Shown: positions 37,784 to 51,355 of the stretch, piece by piece | Layout of the letters: each line of letters begins with the position of its first letter | Position numbering within the stretch: the stretch's first letter is position 1 | Origin: Octopus bimaculoides | Taxonomy: Eukaryota | Direction: 5' to 3' | Assembly: GCF_001194135.2 (NCBI RefSeq) | Contig: NC_068984.1 | Coordinates: forward strand, 22,023,530 to 22,087,529 | DNA: 64,000 bases | Made by a program: the position numbers and the translations under genes | The notes under the pieces: model-generated | Databases searched by the model: none | Seen by the model: only the letters and a program-made list of their open reading frames with translations | Told to the model about the DNA's origin: nothing

Positions 37784-38677
37784 ATGTATTTAGTATTGTA
37801 TTTCATAGGTTCGAAGCGAATCTAAAAGTAAGTCATAGACGAAAACAAGGATTCCGAATGTGTTTAAATCTAGTGGGACAATTTCAAGATAAAAGGGTAT
37901 TTTATATACTCCAAAATGCCCTTTTATCACAAAGAATAAAATGGGAAGTAAAACCTTAAATGACACCCACAATAAGAAGCAAAATAACTTCGGGCTGTAA
38001 AACAGAAGGTAGGTTTAGACCTTATGTGCGCGCCCAAACGCGCATAAATACCCACAAGTAACCATATGTACTACTACTGTGCATTCTTCTTTACTCTCAG
38101 GAACAAGAATGCATATCTCGATTGCTTTATAATGTCTAAATTGTAGTATTATTCTCTTAAAATTCTTAACTACCAAACGCACACACACATACACATATAT
38201 ACACACGCTGCATGTATGTGTGCGCGCTTGTCTGTGTATACATATCTATTTTGTATCTCTGTATCTCGAGAGGATCATTATACCAATAATAAACACTTAC
38301 TGGTTGTATTTCTCTTGTTTGTTATTCGTTAATTGGTTAAATATTGAACCAATTAACTAATAGTAAATAAGTGAAATAAAACCAGTGCGTGTGTTTATTA
38401 TTGGCATAATGACCCTCTCGAGGTACAGCAAAATCTGTTTCAACGCACAAGTTCACATTAATAATTTTGTGCATCAAAAACAAAAATGCATTATATATAT
38501 NNNNNNNNNNNNNNNNNNNNNNNNNNNNNNNNNNNNNNNNNNNNNNNNNNNNNNNNNNNNNNNNNNNNNNNNNNNNNNNNNNNNNNNNNNNNNNNNNNNN
38601 NNNNNNNNNNNNNNNNNNNNNNNNNNNNNNNNNNNNNNNNNNNNNNNNNNNNNNNNNNNNNNNNNNNNNNNNNNNNN

Positions 38678-38746
<69 letters not shown>

Positions 38747-41568
38747 CCAGAATATCCTTACCAGTGTAAATAGCTATAGAAATATTTTGTTTAGGTTCTT
38801 CTATGCAACGTACATTTCGTATTTAGTCTATTTTCTGCTCAATGTTTCCACCAGTATATATTATCGATCATTTTCAGGTGTGCTATTCTTACTTACATCT
38901 ATTTTAGATTGCTAAGTACTTCGAATAGGGCAGGTTTAATGATCTTATCCATTATACGACAACATTCATTAAAGTTTGGCATATCCAAACTCATTTCTAT
39001 CAACCATATTGTGTGGTTGTCTTCTTTGATATACTAATTAGATTTTCAGTAAGAGATACATGAACTGCGTCTTTGATTTCGCACTGTGTTTAAAATGGCA
39101 TTTGTCGCTAATGGAAATCTCAAGCCCTACAGTCAGGCACTTTCCTTTTACCCACCTTATATACATTTAGCTCGTCTACATTTCATGATGTTGTTCACAG
39201 ACTTTAATATCCTTCTATTCTGATTATATTCTCACCCCTTTGCACTTTTATAAAACCTCCATTAAGTAAATATATTACGTTATAACATTAATTCTTAAAC
39301 TTGTATCATGCCTCTATTAGTTTTACAATGGCCAAACACTTGTTGAATGTAGTATTCCTCTTAAACTTATCATCGTGTTTTGTATATACGCTCTCAGAAA
39401 GATTGTCATCGTAGATTTTGGTTTTATGCGCATCAGATACAACGTAGATTATTTTTCATCTCATATTAGAAATATTTGTTACCAGATATAAATTCTTCCC
39501 GTGACATATATTCTATCCCATTCTTGAATATCTAATGCACTTATATATGGATTATAGTCATAAGATATTTCAATTCTTAACACTACATCGTTAGTGAACC
39601 ACAAAATTAAAACCGAACAAACAATGCAATGACATAGAAATAAGTGAATTATTGTAAGCATACAAATTAATGTATGTATGCAAAGAATAACGTACATAGA
39701 AGATATGATTTAAGAATATTATTGATACGATCAAATATTCAAAAGATAGACATCGATCTCTCTGGAGTCATACGTGTAAAACAATTGGTCAGTGCTTTCA
39801 GTGCTTTTACACACATACCCTCTGTCTGTTTGTTTGTTTCTCTCTCACTCTCACACACACACATTCCAGTAAAGAGCTTCCCAACCATTATGTATTCAGG
39901 ATGATATTAACTAATGCATAGTATAAAAGTTATTATTGATAAGTACATTTCATGTGGGGTTTAACCGTGTGTTAAGAAACAAACATATACTATTCTTTTC
40001 TTCGTGTTACTTGTTTCAGTTATTGGAGGGTGACCAATCTGGAGCACCGCTTCGAAAGGTGTATATTGATTGTATATGAAAGGGATTTCTGCACATTTTC
40101 TCATCAAATATATTCACATAGCTTTGACATGTTTGGAGTTATGGTACAATCACGTACCAAAAAGGCCGCGTAGTGAACCTCAACTCCAAATTAAGCGGTC
40201 GCAAAACGTGGACTTCTCAATCGCAGATTGAGTTAAATCACGACAAAGAAAAAAAATTCTTGCTGGACTGGAAACTGCATATTTGTATCCTGATCTGTGC
40301 CTGTGTATCATTGATCTCATTAGTAGGCATTGATATTTTTTCGAGTCACGTGTAAATCAAATTTAACCACGGAAGCTATATTTGACTTTATCTAATTACA
40401 ACTATGGCTGAAATTCAATCGAAGTTTGGTTGATCACGATCGTCTTTATATAATTATATTCATATACGGAATCCTTGTCTTGTTCAATGCTATTCTAGGC
40501 AGCTGACTTTCTACATATTCTGTTGTTCTATATTAATTTCATTCATTAGTGAATATGAAAGTGTCCTGCCACTCTATATTTTTTATATTGTTCTTATATT
40601 TCTTTGCTGTTTCTTGTTTGAGGAAACTCTCTTTCGATTTTCAGACAAACTGAACTCTTTTGGGGGCCTCTAACTTTAAGCCGTTGCAGTGCATGTCATA
40701 TTGTGACTGAGACACTACTGTTTGGAGTTCGTAGCAATATCATTCCAGAGGTACTTCCTGTGGGGACTACCGTCTCTTTTTTCATATTTAGAACAGCATT
40801 ATCCAATATACCACCATTTCTTAAGACGGTCAGGGTGTCATTTAATGGAGATATGGTTGTTGTTTTGCAGTGTGAACATATTCTTGTTGGTATGTCGGCG
40901 AAAATGCTGCGGAGTGTCACAATTATGGTGATATGGTGTCTTTCATGAATAGTTTGGGTGTTTTTGATTGCAATTCTTCCTCTAACTTCCCACTTCGATT
41001 GTTAACTTATAAATATAAACTTGTCTCCAAAATTTTACTGATATCATCGAAGGCCATTTATGGTTTCTTACCTTAAAACAAAGCTACATCGTATCAAGGC
41101 AAGGAACCACACTATGTAACTAGTACAAATCGACCTTCGAAACAGATAAAGTCAAATCAAACTACAGATTGTTTAAACTTATAAGTTGAAAAATGTAAAC
41201 ACTGCAATGCCTGATGTCTGGCAATTTACTCATTTCCACTTTCACTTCTGTCTCACAAATTTGTTGTCTTCTCTCTGTCTCTGGTTACGACTACCTCAAC
41301 TCACCCATTTCTTGTCCTTTTGTCACCTATATTGTATTCACATCCTCAGCTCCTGGCCTAATGAATTTGCTGGACCCTTTCTCATCAGAACAATAACTCA
41401 TTGTATCTCTCTGTACTCGTCGTCGTCAACTGCTTAAGTGAGACGTTAAAGTCGTCAATCTCAACGCTTTCGAGGGGCCTGGAAAGTACATGAACAGAAC
41501 ACTTTCCTCCAGTCTAAAGCGTGAAACCAGCTTATATATGTTGTGTGCGTGTATGTGAAGGGAGAGAC

Positions 41569-41610
<42 letters not shown>

Positions 41611-42129
41611 AGAGAGAGAGAAACAGAGAGACAGACACATAGACTGCTAGACAGTTATATCAAATCATGAAGTTCTTTGATAAATAAGATAACACCTAAA
41701 AATAAATACAATTCTGCACCATTATGTCACCTGCACTTGGCTTCTGAAACATTAAAATTAATGAACGTGCGACTATCATAGGAATTCTGATTTTGACATT
41801 CCGAGTTGTAAATAGTCACTGCTATTTTTAACTCATAGAAAATACTATTCTGAATCGCCCTAAATAGCATTGTAACACAGATACATACTGGAAACTACTG
41901 TGCTCTATATTGTATTGTAGTTAAGTCAATACTGGACAGTTTAATTTGGGGAGGAGGATTTAATTTCAGTTAAGAAACATGATTTCAATATTCATAACAA
42001 GAAACTAACTCTGGAATCTTCTACAAAAAAACCCCCAAATATCTGTCAAACTGGATATAAACACGGCATTGAGTGGCGATATACATACATTACATTACAT
42101 ACATATACATATAAGCCACCAAAAAAAGG

Positions 42130-42372
42130 AAAAGGTCCTTCCAGAGCTATAGGCTCATATGACCGGTTTCTCGGATTCTGCAGCGTATATATTCCTGCCC
42201 CCCACTGGACAGGATGATGGTCTGTCTCAGGGATTACTCGTTTTTGCCAGCTGAATGGATTGAAGCAACTTGGAATACCGTTTTGCTCAAGAAGAAAACA
42301 CATCGCCCGGTCATGGAATCGAAACGACAATCTTGCGATCATGAGTGCAACAACTTAACAACTAATCCATGC
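42130..42372 (-). mobile_element. SINE family C
   Basis: tRNA-like head on the minus strand (GAATCGAAAC..CTTGCGATCATGAGTGCAAC on +); central GCCAGCTGAATGGATTGAAGCAAC..TTTTGCTCAAGAAGAAAAC. Confidence 0.75.
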
Positions 42373-42434
42373 TCCTACACATACACAGACGTGCGCGCTC
42401 ACGCACACATGCATACATACATACATACACACAC

Positions 42435-42476
<42 letters not shown>

Positions 42477-42771
42477 CAAACCATATTTTGCTTCATCTTA
42501 GGACATACCATAATACCTAACTACAAACGTTTATATTTAGATCTCCCTTGCTAAATCTGACGACAGCCAACTCTAACTAACTGTATGTGTCGTTATATTT
42601 AGCTACAACCTGCTATATCCAGCTGAATATAATAAAGATAATAATGATAAAGAAAAAATTATAATTACTTTCGTTTCACTTTGCGTTTCGAGAATGGGAA
42701 TATCATTTTACAGAACCGACTGTTGTTCGGTGGCGTTCGCAAAATTTTGGGTTAGAGACACTTTTAAATGT

Positions 42772-42800
42772 ACTTACCTGAAAATAAAAGAAAAAAAAAT
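42772..42800 (-). other. Candidate recursive splice site (3'ss immediately followed by 5'ss)
   Basis: Minus strand: TTTTTTTTTCTTTTATTTTCAG|GTAAGTAC, junction 42778/42777, with a CTCAC branch-point-like motif ~40 nt upstream. Confidence 0.5.
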
Positions 42801-44098
42801 GCATAAGTAATAGTGAGAGACGAATATAAACAGAAATCAATACACAGAGTAAGAGAAAATAATTACACGGAAAGGTAATTGGGTGAGTAAATTAGATGGG
42901 TAAATAGATATACTGTAAGAGATATGGTTGTAAGAACGTAGATGAAAAGCCAACTAATTTAGGTGGCTATGAATAAATAATATAATGACTCAAGGTGCTA
43001 GCAAAAAAAAAGAACCTGTTACGAAGAATCGAAACGAAAACGAAAATCAAAACCAAAAATAAGTAAAGCCAAAACAGAGACTACTGCTGACTGTAATGTT
43101 GTAGCTTTCCAAATTTTAAGAGACAAATGTTTAGAACATAAACGAGAGAAAAAATAGTTACTTGATTGATGTCATGTCTCTGCTGTATATAGTTAATTTT
43201 AGAACTCTCTTGTTATACATATCACGTTTTAGCAATTTTGTTGTACATTCCAACCTTATAACGATGAACGATTAAATATTGTTTTCTAATAGAGAAAGGT
43301 GAATAGTCAATCTGATGACGACTATTAATTTAATTTTCGGGCAGAAATTTGTGAGAAAAATGTCCACATGTACAAGGCGTGTTTTCTGTATCCAACAATT
43401 CAAAAACATCTAAGTTTATTTGATATATGAAATTCATGAACATCATCAGTTTGTATTTTTATAGCCTGCTGATGATGATTGATTTATGTAGTTAACGTCT
43501 GGGTGTTAACAGGTAGACATACACATTTATTGCTTCCAAAATACACAGTCAATTACTTACATATGTTATGGTGTAAGAGACGTAAATAGAATTTAGAAAA
43601 TAATTAAACTGTAAGCGTAGTGCGGCTACGTCCAGGAGAATTTAATAAAATTGAAGCATAGTTTGGGATTCATTATATTCTAGTAAATGTGATATAAATC
43701 TTCCTTTGGATGGGCAACTCTCCAGAACGGTAACATTTCCATAATACTTCTAACCATTTCTCAACAATTAGTGAACTGAAGAAGATGGAATGAAACATCC
43801 TGGGACAACGAAACACCTTCAGAAGACAGGAACATAGTTCTTACTAGCTGACTTCAATAAATTGTCGGGTCAATTTTATTTCAGCTGATACTAAATTGAG
43901 AGCGTGGTGAGGGGCACCAGTTCTACTTTGAGGATGGTAGATTTAACCCGTATTTCGATTCAACATTATTATCTGAAAGCCTTTCGCAAAGTCCACTCTC
44001 TTGGAGACATTCAGGTACACTCACCCGTCATCTCTTCATTCATACCATATAAGTGTGTGTGTGTGTGTGTTTGTGCATATAAAGTAGTACAAAAAAAG

Positions 44099-44139
<41 letters not shown>

Positions 44140-44974
44140 TATATNNNNNNNNNNNNNNNNNNNNNNNNNNNNNNNNNNNNNNNNNNNNNNNNNNNNNNNN
44201 NNNNNNNNNNNNNNNNNNNNNNNNNNNNNNNNNNNNNNNNNNNNNNNNNNNNNNNNNNNNNNNNNNNNNNNNNNNNNNNNNNNNNNNNNNNNNNNNNNNN
44301 NNNNNNNNNNNNNNNNNNNNNNNNNNNNNNNNNNNNNNNNNNNNNNNNNNNNNNNNNNNNNNNNNNNNNNNNNNNNNNNNNNNNNNNNNNNNNNNNNNNN
44401 NNNNNNNNNNNNNNNNNNNNNNNNNNNNNNNNNNNNNNNNNNNNNNNNNNNNNNNNNNNNNNNNNNNNNNNNNNNNNNNNATATATATATATATATACAT
44501 ATATATATAGACAGCTGCGATAATTTCTCCTTACCTTATAGTTGAGTTCTTTCAAGTGATAAGAAATTTCATTAGAAATGTTTTTCATCCATTTCATCCG
44601 ATTTACATCCTGATTCACTTTGAATGGAGGTCAATGAAAGCCAACTTGTACTTGCCAGCACTATTAAGCAAATACCTCAGCCTCATTTATAGAAGTCATC
44701 TGACTCAGCAATCTTCAAATTCAGTTTGCGTAAACAGGACTATCCCAGCCATAACTTGATATGTTCATGTGTTTGTTTTATGTGATTTTTGCTCTGGGTC
44801 GTTTAGCTCTCTTTTCATACTTGTCGCAGCTCTGAATAATCTAAAGTGTTGCTAAATATCACTTTGTGGTATTATGCATCTGAATAGATTTGTCGGAATG
44901 TGTTGCGTTCAGCATATAGTTTGAATTGTAATCTGCTGGGGAAATTATGAGTGCAATTGGTACACACACACACG

Positions 44975-45040
<66 letters not shown>

Positions 45041-45369
45041 NNNNNNNNNNNNNNNNNNNNNNNNNNNNNNNNNNNNNNNNNNNNNNNNNNNNNNNNNNNN
45101 NNNNNNNNNNNNNNNNNNNNNNNNNNNNNNNNNNNNNNNNNNNNNNNNNNNNNNNNNNNNNNNNNNNNNNNNNNNNNNNNNNNNNNNNNNNNNNCCTCCA
45201 TTGGTCTATGTTGTCTAAATACATGCCACTGGCCAGCCTGAATTATTTCTCTTAGCACATTTTTTCAAATGCGTATCAATAATGAGTGACAAATGAAAAT
45301 TAATAGAATTTAATACAGTTTATTATAAAATGATGTAATACGTATTTTTGTAATATAATTTATAAAGAA

Positions 45370-45797
45370 ATTGGCAGAAATGTTAGCACGCCGGGCAAAA
45401 TGCTTGGCGGTTTTTCGTTTGTCTTTACGTTCTGGGTTCAAATTCCGTAGACGTCGACTTTGATTTCCATCCTTTCGGGGTCGATAAATTAAGTACCAGT
45501 TGCGTACTGGGGTCAATCTAATCGACTGTCCCCCTTCCCAAACGTTTCGGGCTTTATGCCTAGAGTAGAATAGAATATAATTAGTAAAGGAATTGGCAGA
45601 AAAGTTAGCACGCCGGACGAAATGCTTAGCGGTTTTTCGTCTGTCTTTATGTTCTGAGTTCAAATTCCGCAGAGGTCGACTGTTCATCCTTTAGGGGTCG
45701 ATAAATTAAGTACCAGCTGCTTACTGGAGTCGATCTAACCGACTAGCCCTCCCTCCCCAAGCGTTTCGAGCCTTGTGCCTAGAGTAGATAAGAATAT
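45370..45797 (+). mobile_element. Tandem pair of SINE family B
   Basis: Two ~220-bp units, TTGGCAGAAA..GTTAGCACGCCGG..GCCTAGAGTAGA. Confidence 0.92.
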
Positions 45798-46084
45798 AAT
45801 TTACAAAGACACCTTATAAAAATACTTCTAGCACTAAGTGTAAGAACGCACAACCAACGAAATTTAAAAGAAATTTTGCAACACAACACAAAATAGAGAA
45901 ATGGTCCATTTCATCAGTTCTTGATCGACAACAGAAAAAAGAAAGTCCTAGAGACACTAAAGCATACTTAGAAGCTCTCGAGTGTAATGCATAATTAAAA
46001 CTATTATTTGTCTTTACTGATCTCATTATACCAAATTGTTTCTATTATTTCAATTTCGTCTGTGGTTGTCCCCTCATCAGCACT

Positions 46085-46245
46085 TGATAACTGCTGTTTG
46101 GTTTCCTTACGTCCCCGTAACTTAGCGGTTCGGCAAACAGACGAATTGAATAAGTACTAGGCTTAACAAGTAAGTGGTGGTGTCGATTTGTTCGACTAAA
46201 ACTCTTCAAGGCGGTACTCCAGCAAGGCCGCAGTCAGATGAGTGA

Positions 46246-46250
<5 letters not shown>
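46085..46250 (+). mobile_element. SINE family A, 3' half
   Basis: GTCCCCGTAACTTAGCGGTTCGGCAAA..AATAAGTACTAGGCTT..GTCGATTTGTTCGACTAAA..CTTCAAGGCGGT.CTCCAGCA.GGCCGCAGTC. Confidence 0.85.
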
Positions 46251-46286
<36 letters not shown>

Positions 46287-46544
46287 NNNNNNNNNNTATA
46301 TGTATATGGGAATCTAGAAGCAAATAAAGCTAGGAATATTAGCATGTAAATATTGGGTTAAAAACGCTTTTGATACAAAATATCGAAGGTTATCCATGAG
46401 ACTCGAACCCAGATCTCCTGCAATCGTAACAGGCGCTCTATCATTCGACGAAAAGAAATGCTTCCGAATTTGTCAATCCATTTTAGAAACTTCTTTCTTC
46501 CCAGCGTCATAAGAATGTGAAATGTTTCTTTTCTACGAGCTGTG

Positions 46545-46579
<35 letters not shown>

Positions 46580-47645
46580 AGATATCATTGTAATTAAGCA
46601 TACGAATGTATGCACTTCTGTCTCTGGAAATCATACGTGCAGCAAATGTTACATTAATAAAGCAACCGGCGCAACACACTACTACCAACTTCTCCTTCTA
46701 CACCAGTTTTGCTTCAGAAGCTATAAAACGAATTCAACATATAGTGAGGCGACCTAAAGCAATAATCAGGCATATGTAAGGTGTCAGTACTCGTAGCTGT
46801 CATAATGAAGATGGCAGTGGTGATTGTGGCAGAGGTATTGGTGGTCATAGTGAAAGTAGTGATGATTGTCTCGGTGGAAGGGGCGGTAAGTACTAGAGAG
46901 TGGTATCATTTAAACAGACCGACGTTTAACAATGCAATCGATTCTTGATTTAACACGCTTTCGTTTTGGATGTTTCACAGATATTGGAATGACGTCAGGC
47001 ATAGATAGATAGACTTGCTGAAGACAAATAATTTTCAGTACGTATTGCTATGGTGATAGTGACATAGTTGACCTTCTAGCAAGAAATCACACACACACAC
47101 ACACGCATGCATACACATGCACGTACACACACATGCATGCGTGAGCAAATACACGCATAGACACATACACACATACACATACACAGACGTCCGCATATAT
47201 TTACACGAATTTACGAATATATATTCTCTAGTAATAAAGGCGCAAACACATGCAAATATACAGACACATCACTACGAAGCAGACACACAAACACACTCAT
47301 ATGGTGTGTATGTGTGTGTACAAGTGTGTGTGTGCATGTGTGTTTATGGGTGTGTGTGTGTTGATGTGCGCATCTATTTATATGCGTACATATATATATA
47401 TATACAGTAGCAAATAAGATATATACATTTAACACATTCTGAGAAAAAGAAATTGTGTATGTGTATGTGTGTGAGTGAGAGAGAGCGAGAGAGAAAGAAA
47501 GCAAGCAAGAAAGAAAGACAGAGATGAAGAGAATAGATACACATTCCAGGAATTAGAGGCACAAATAGTGGTAAATAAAAACACAAATACACAAAAATAC
47601 TCATGATCAACATCATGTTCAAATACACTCCGCACGCATATTTAC

Positions 47646-47694
<49 letters not shown>

Positions 47695-48878
47695 GCTGCA
47701 TGTGTGGAATCTTTGACATAGTGTAATCTATAGTGGAACATCATATATTGTGTCAGGCTTCTCAGCTCTCTCATTTGGTCTCAGGCAAATATTAGCTTAT
47801 GTTCAATGTTATTGCCTCACCGAATCTGCTTGTTCGATCTACTTGGTTAGCGAGAACAATTGCATGTATTCTCTTCGCAAACTTGAAAAGAAAATAATAG
47901 AAAAACCCTACATAATCGAGTAAGTGATACAGTTTACAGTCTGTTCTGGCGGTTGATTTATTTTTGCTTTGGGTGCCGGAGATGGCTGCTGAATGGTAGC
48001 TGTAAAGAAGTAAATCTCCTGGTGAGCGGTATACCCGATTCGTTTTTCGATTTCTGTTTATAGACAATACACTTAGCTTATGTTGTTATCACCTTTAGAA
48101 AAAAAGCTACGAAGCTAAACAAATTTAATTCTCCGTGCTATACATTTTAGATTTCCTCATCACTATAAGTAATAGTTATATCGTTGCTGTTGGGTTATTG
48201 TATTATATACATGATGGTACCAAATAATGCTACCTGTCGTGTTTTTTCCCATTTGCTCGAATTCCACCTGTTTTTATAATGGCATTTATATATCCCTGTC
48301 TCACTGAAGTACGTTGTTGCAATATAATGGGTTCTAGTCAACAGACTCTACGGCTCTTCTCTCTTTCGAATAGGGGATTTGATCTTAAGTAAACAACTTG
48401 TGATTCGGCGTGGCATTTATGGCAAAGCTCGTGTGGTTGTTTACCCAAGACATCCAGAAATATCTTTCACTGGTACAGGTGCAGCGACTATTCGGCGAGG
48501 ACGGAGGGGTGTAATCATTTTAAGCATTATGTTAGATACCAATCTAATGAGGCGGCTTCTAAGTGGTCACATGACATACTAGAAACAAGAGCTACATATT
48601 CTTCAAATCACTTTATATGTTTTAAATGTTAGACAGTACATATACAGAGTAACCATAATGTCTGGGTACATAGGCGAAAATGCATAATTTCAATAATTTT
48701 ATACAATTAAATTAATGAAAATCACCTTCACCATGGTTTCTACCATTAGTGATGCAAAGTTCGATGCAGTTACTTCACATTTCTATCATTCTGAGAACGT
48801 TCATTCATCCAGATTTATAGTCAACCTGTATAATATAGCTCAACATATTCCTGAAACAAAAGGAATGAGTTTAATTAT

Positions 48879-49264
48879 TTGTTGTTGGCACTCCGTCGCT
48901 TACGACGTCGAGGATTCCAGTTGATCCGATCAACGGAACAGCCTGCTCGTGAAATTAACGTGCAAGTGGCTGAGCACTCCACAGACACGTGTACCCTTAA
49001 CGTAGTTCTCGGGGATATTCAGCGTGACACAGTGTGACAAGGCTGACCCTTTCAATTACAGGCACAACAGAAACAGGAAGTTAGAGTGAGAGAAAGTTGG
49101 GGTGAAAGAGTACAGCAGGATTCGCCACCATACCCTGCCGGAGCCTCGTGGAGCTTTAGGTGTTTTGGCTCAATAAACACTCACAACGCCTGGTCTGGGA
49201 ATCGAAACCGCGATCTTGTGACCGGGAGTCCGCTGCCCTAACCACTGGACCATTGCACCTCCAC
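48879..49264 (-). mobile_element. Full-length SINE family D with a 12-bp target-site duplication
   Basis: GAGTTTAATTAT at 48867-48878 and at 49265-49276; (AAC)n-type tail; tRNA-like head at the right end. Confidence 0.93.
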
Positions 49265-49714
49265 GAGTTTAATTATAATCTGGGGCTAAACAACAACAAC
49301 CAGTATTAAAAAATCAATCACTTTACAATACCAGAAATAGCAGCAGATCCCCTTCAAATCGCACCATATAGTGTTAAAAAAGGGATTGGTAAGATTGAAA
49401 ATTTATTTGAATAAAAAACGGAATTATTAATTCTAGAACAATTTTGCTTGATCAAGACTGTCGCCTCTACACGAAGTAACCAATTCCTGATTAAGGTTTG
49501 CATGTGATGTACTCTACGCAATAATTAAAATCATAATCTCTTTGGTACAATCAAATAATAAACGTGTTGAAATTCTTGCGGGTATTACGATATTTTCATT
49601 TTGTAAAGTGGCGAAAAGAACTAATTTTAGAAAGGGTGAGATAGGTTGTATCTTCCTCTTTGAAAATTTAATCTACATCGGTGAAAAACTCTGGCCGATA
49701 TTTTCTTTTATTCT

Positions 49715-49991
49715 TTTATTCTTTTACTTGTTTCAGTCATTTTGACTGCGGCCATGCTGGATCACGGCCTTTAGCCGAAGAAATCGACCCCAGGACTTAT
49801 TCCTTGTAAGTCAAGTACTTATTCTATCGGTCACTTTTGCCGAACCACTGATACAGGGACCCAAGCACACCAACATCGGTTGTCAAGTGGTGGTGTGGGG
49901 GGACAAACAGACACACAAATACATACATACATACATACACACACACACGCACACGCACACACACATATATATATACACACACACGCACACG

Positions 49992-50062
<71 letters not shown>

Positions 50063-50205
50063 GACGGGCTTCTTTCAGTTTCCGTCTAGCAAATCCACTC
50101 ACAAGTCTTATAGAAGATACTTGCCCAAGGTGCAACGCAGTGGGACTTAACCCGGAGCCATATGGTTAGGAAGCAAGCTTCTTACCACACAGCCACTCCT
50201 GAGCC
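49715..50205 (-). mobile_element. Full-length SINE family A with internal (CA)/(TA) microsatellite
   Basis: Head GGAAGCAAGCTTCTTACCACACAGCCACTCC at 50168-50200; tail TTTTACTTGTTTCAGTCATTTTGACTGCGGCCATGCTGG. Confidence 0.92.
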
Positions 50206-50879
50206 TATGTACATTCACTTATTTTATTATTTTTTTTTAATATTAAAATTATTTCGAGAGGCAAATATTTTCAAAATGTCTCGTTGGGATTTCGGCTTAA
50301 TTAATAGTTTGAAGGTCAACCTTTTTGTTAGACCAGCTGGGAGAAGAAGTGGGGCTAAATTAATTGAAATTAAATAAAAGCTAGCATTGAATCTGCTACC
50401 ATTGCGTTGCTATGTGTAACTTTATTAGAATATGTTCACGAGAAATTCTTTTGAATCAAGGCAAAATAGATTTAGAAAAAAAGGGAAAAACACCAAACAG
50501 ATTGTATGAAAAAGGGGAAATTTGGAAGGAGAAATTATCGAGTAAGATTAAACAATAACATTTTTAAAATAATAAAATAGAACAAAATTGAGAATAATGT
50601 CGTTCTATTAATAGTAAATGAACACTGAATTAGAAATAAACAAGTTAAATAGTCCTATTAAAGAAAAATTACAATCGATGGAACGTATTTTTGGTAGCAA
50701 CAAGTAGAACAAAATATGCTAACGTTTCTTGTGAATTGGAAAGAAAGACGTTGAAAAAAATGTTCATTTTGAACAAAATGAACAATTGTATTAAATGTCG
50801 AGAACAGAATAGTTAAAGTTATAATTAACTGAATATAGTTAGCATAAAGGCAAAACATGTTAAATTTAAAATAATAATA

Positions 50880-51355
50880 ATCCTTTCTGCTTAAGGCACA
50901 AAGCCTGAAAACTGCGGTGGGGACTAGTCAAATTCATCGACCCCAGTGTTTCACTTGTACTTTATTTATCGAAAGGATGAAGGCAAAGTCAACCATGGAG
51001 GAATTTGAAAAATAAACTTGGCTTCGGTGGGACATGAACTCGCAGCACAAAGATCTGTAACGAATGCCACCAAGCAGACTATCAATGCTCCAACTACTCT
51101 GCCAGCTCACCGCCTTAATAATAACAATAATAACAATGACAATTCTTTGTAATACCGTCACAGGCCTGAAACTTTGAGGGAAGGGGATTTTGATTACGTC
51201 AACTCCAGTACTTGGCTGGTACGCATTTTATCGACCAAGAAAAAGAAAAGTGAAGTTGATCACGGCGGTATTTGAACTTAGAAAACAAAAAAGCCGGAAA
51301 AATGCCACAGGCACTTTTTGTTCGACGCGCTAATATTCTGCCAGTTCACCTCTTT
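50880..51355 (-). mobile_element. Tandem pair of SINE family B (degenerate)
   Basis: Two units, each AGGCACAA/AGGCCTGAAA..ATCGAC..AAAGT..GAATTTGAAC..CTGCCAG.TCACC. Confidence 0.75.

Noticed and set aside
40696-40948. RICSHCKTTT resembling a GATA zinc finger
   Set aside because: Lacks the PLWRR and second CxxC motifs; other frames have stops; at most an unidentifiable relic.
41060-41085. Second AG|GTAAG on the minus strand (TTTTAAG|GTAAGA)
   Set aside because: AAG acceptor with a short pyrimidine tract; not distinguishable from chance or an ordinary donor.
43773-43820. GAA-CTGAAGA...GAAAC-ACC-TTC possible hammerhead
   Set aside because: Helix II is unconvincing and the triplet is not NUH; kept only as a weak member of the landscape finding.
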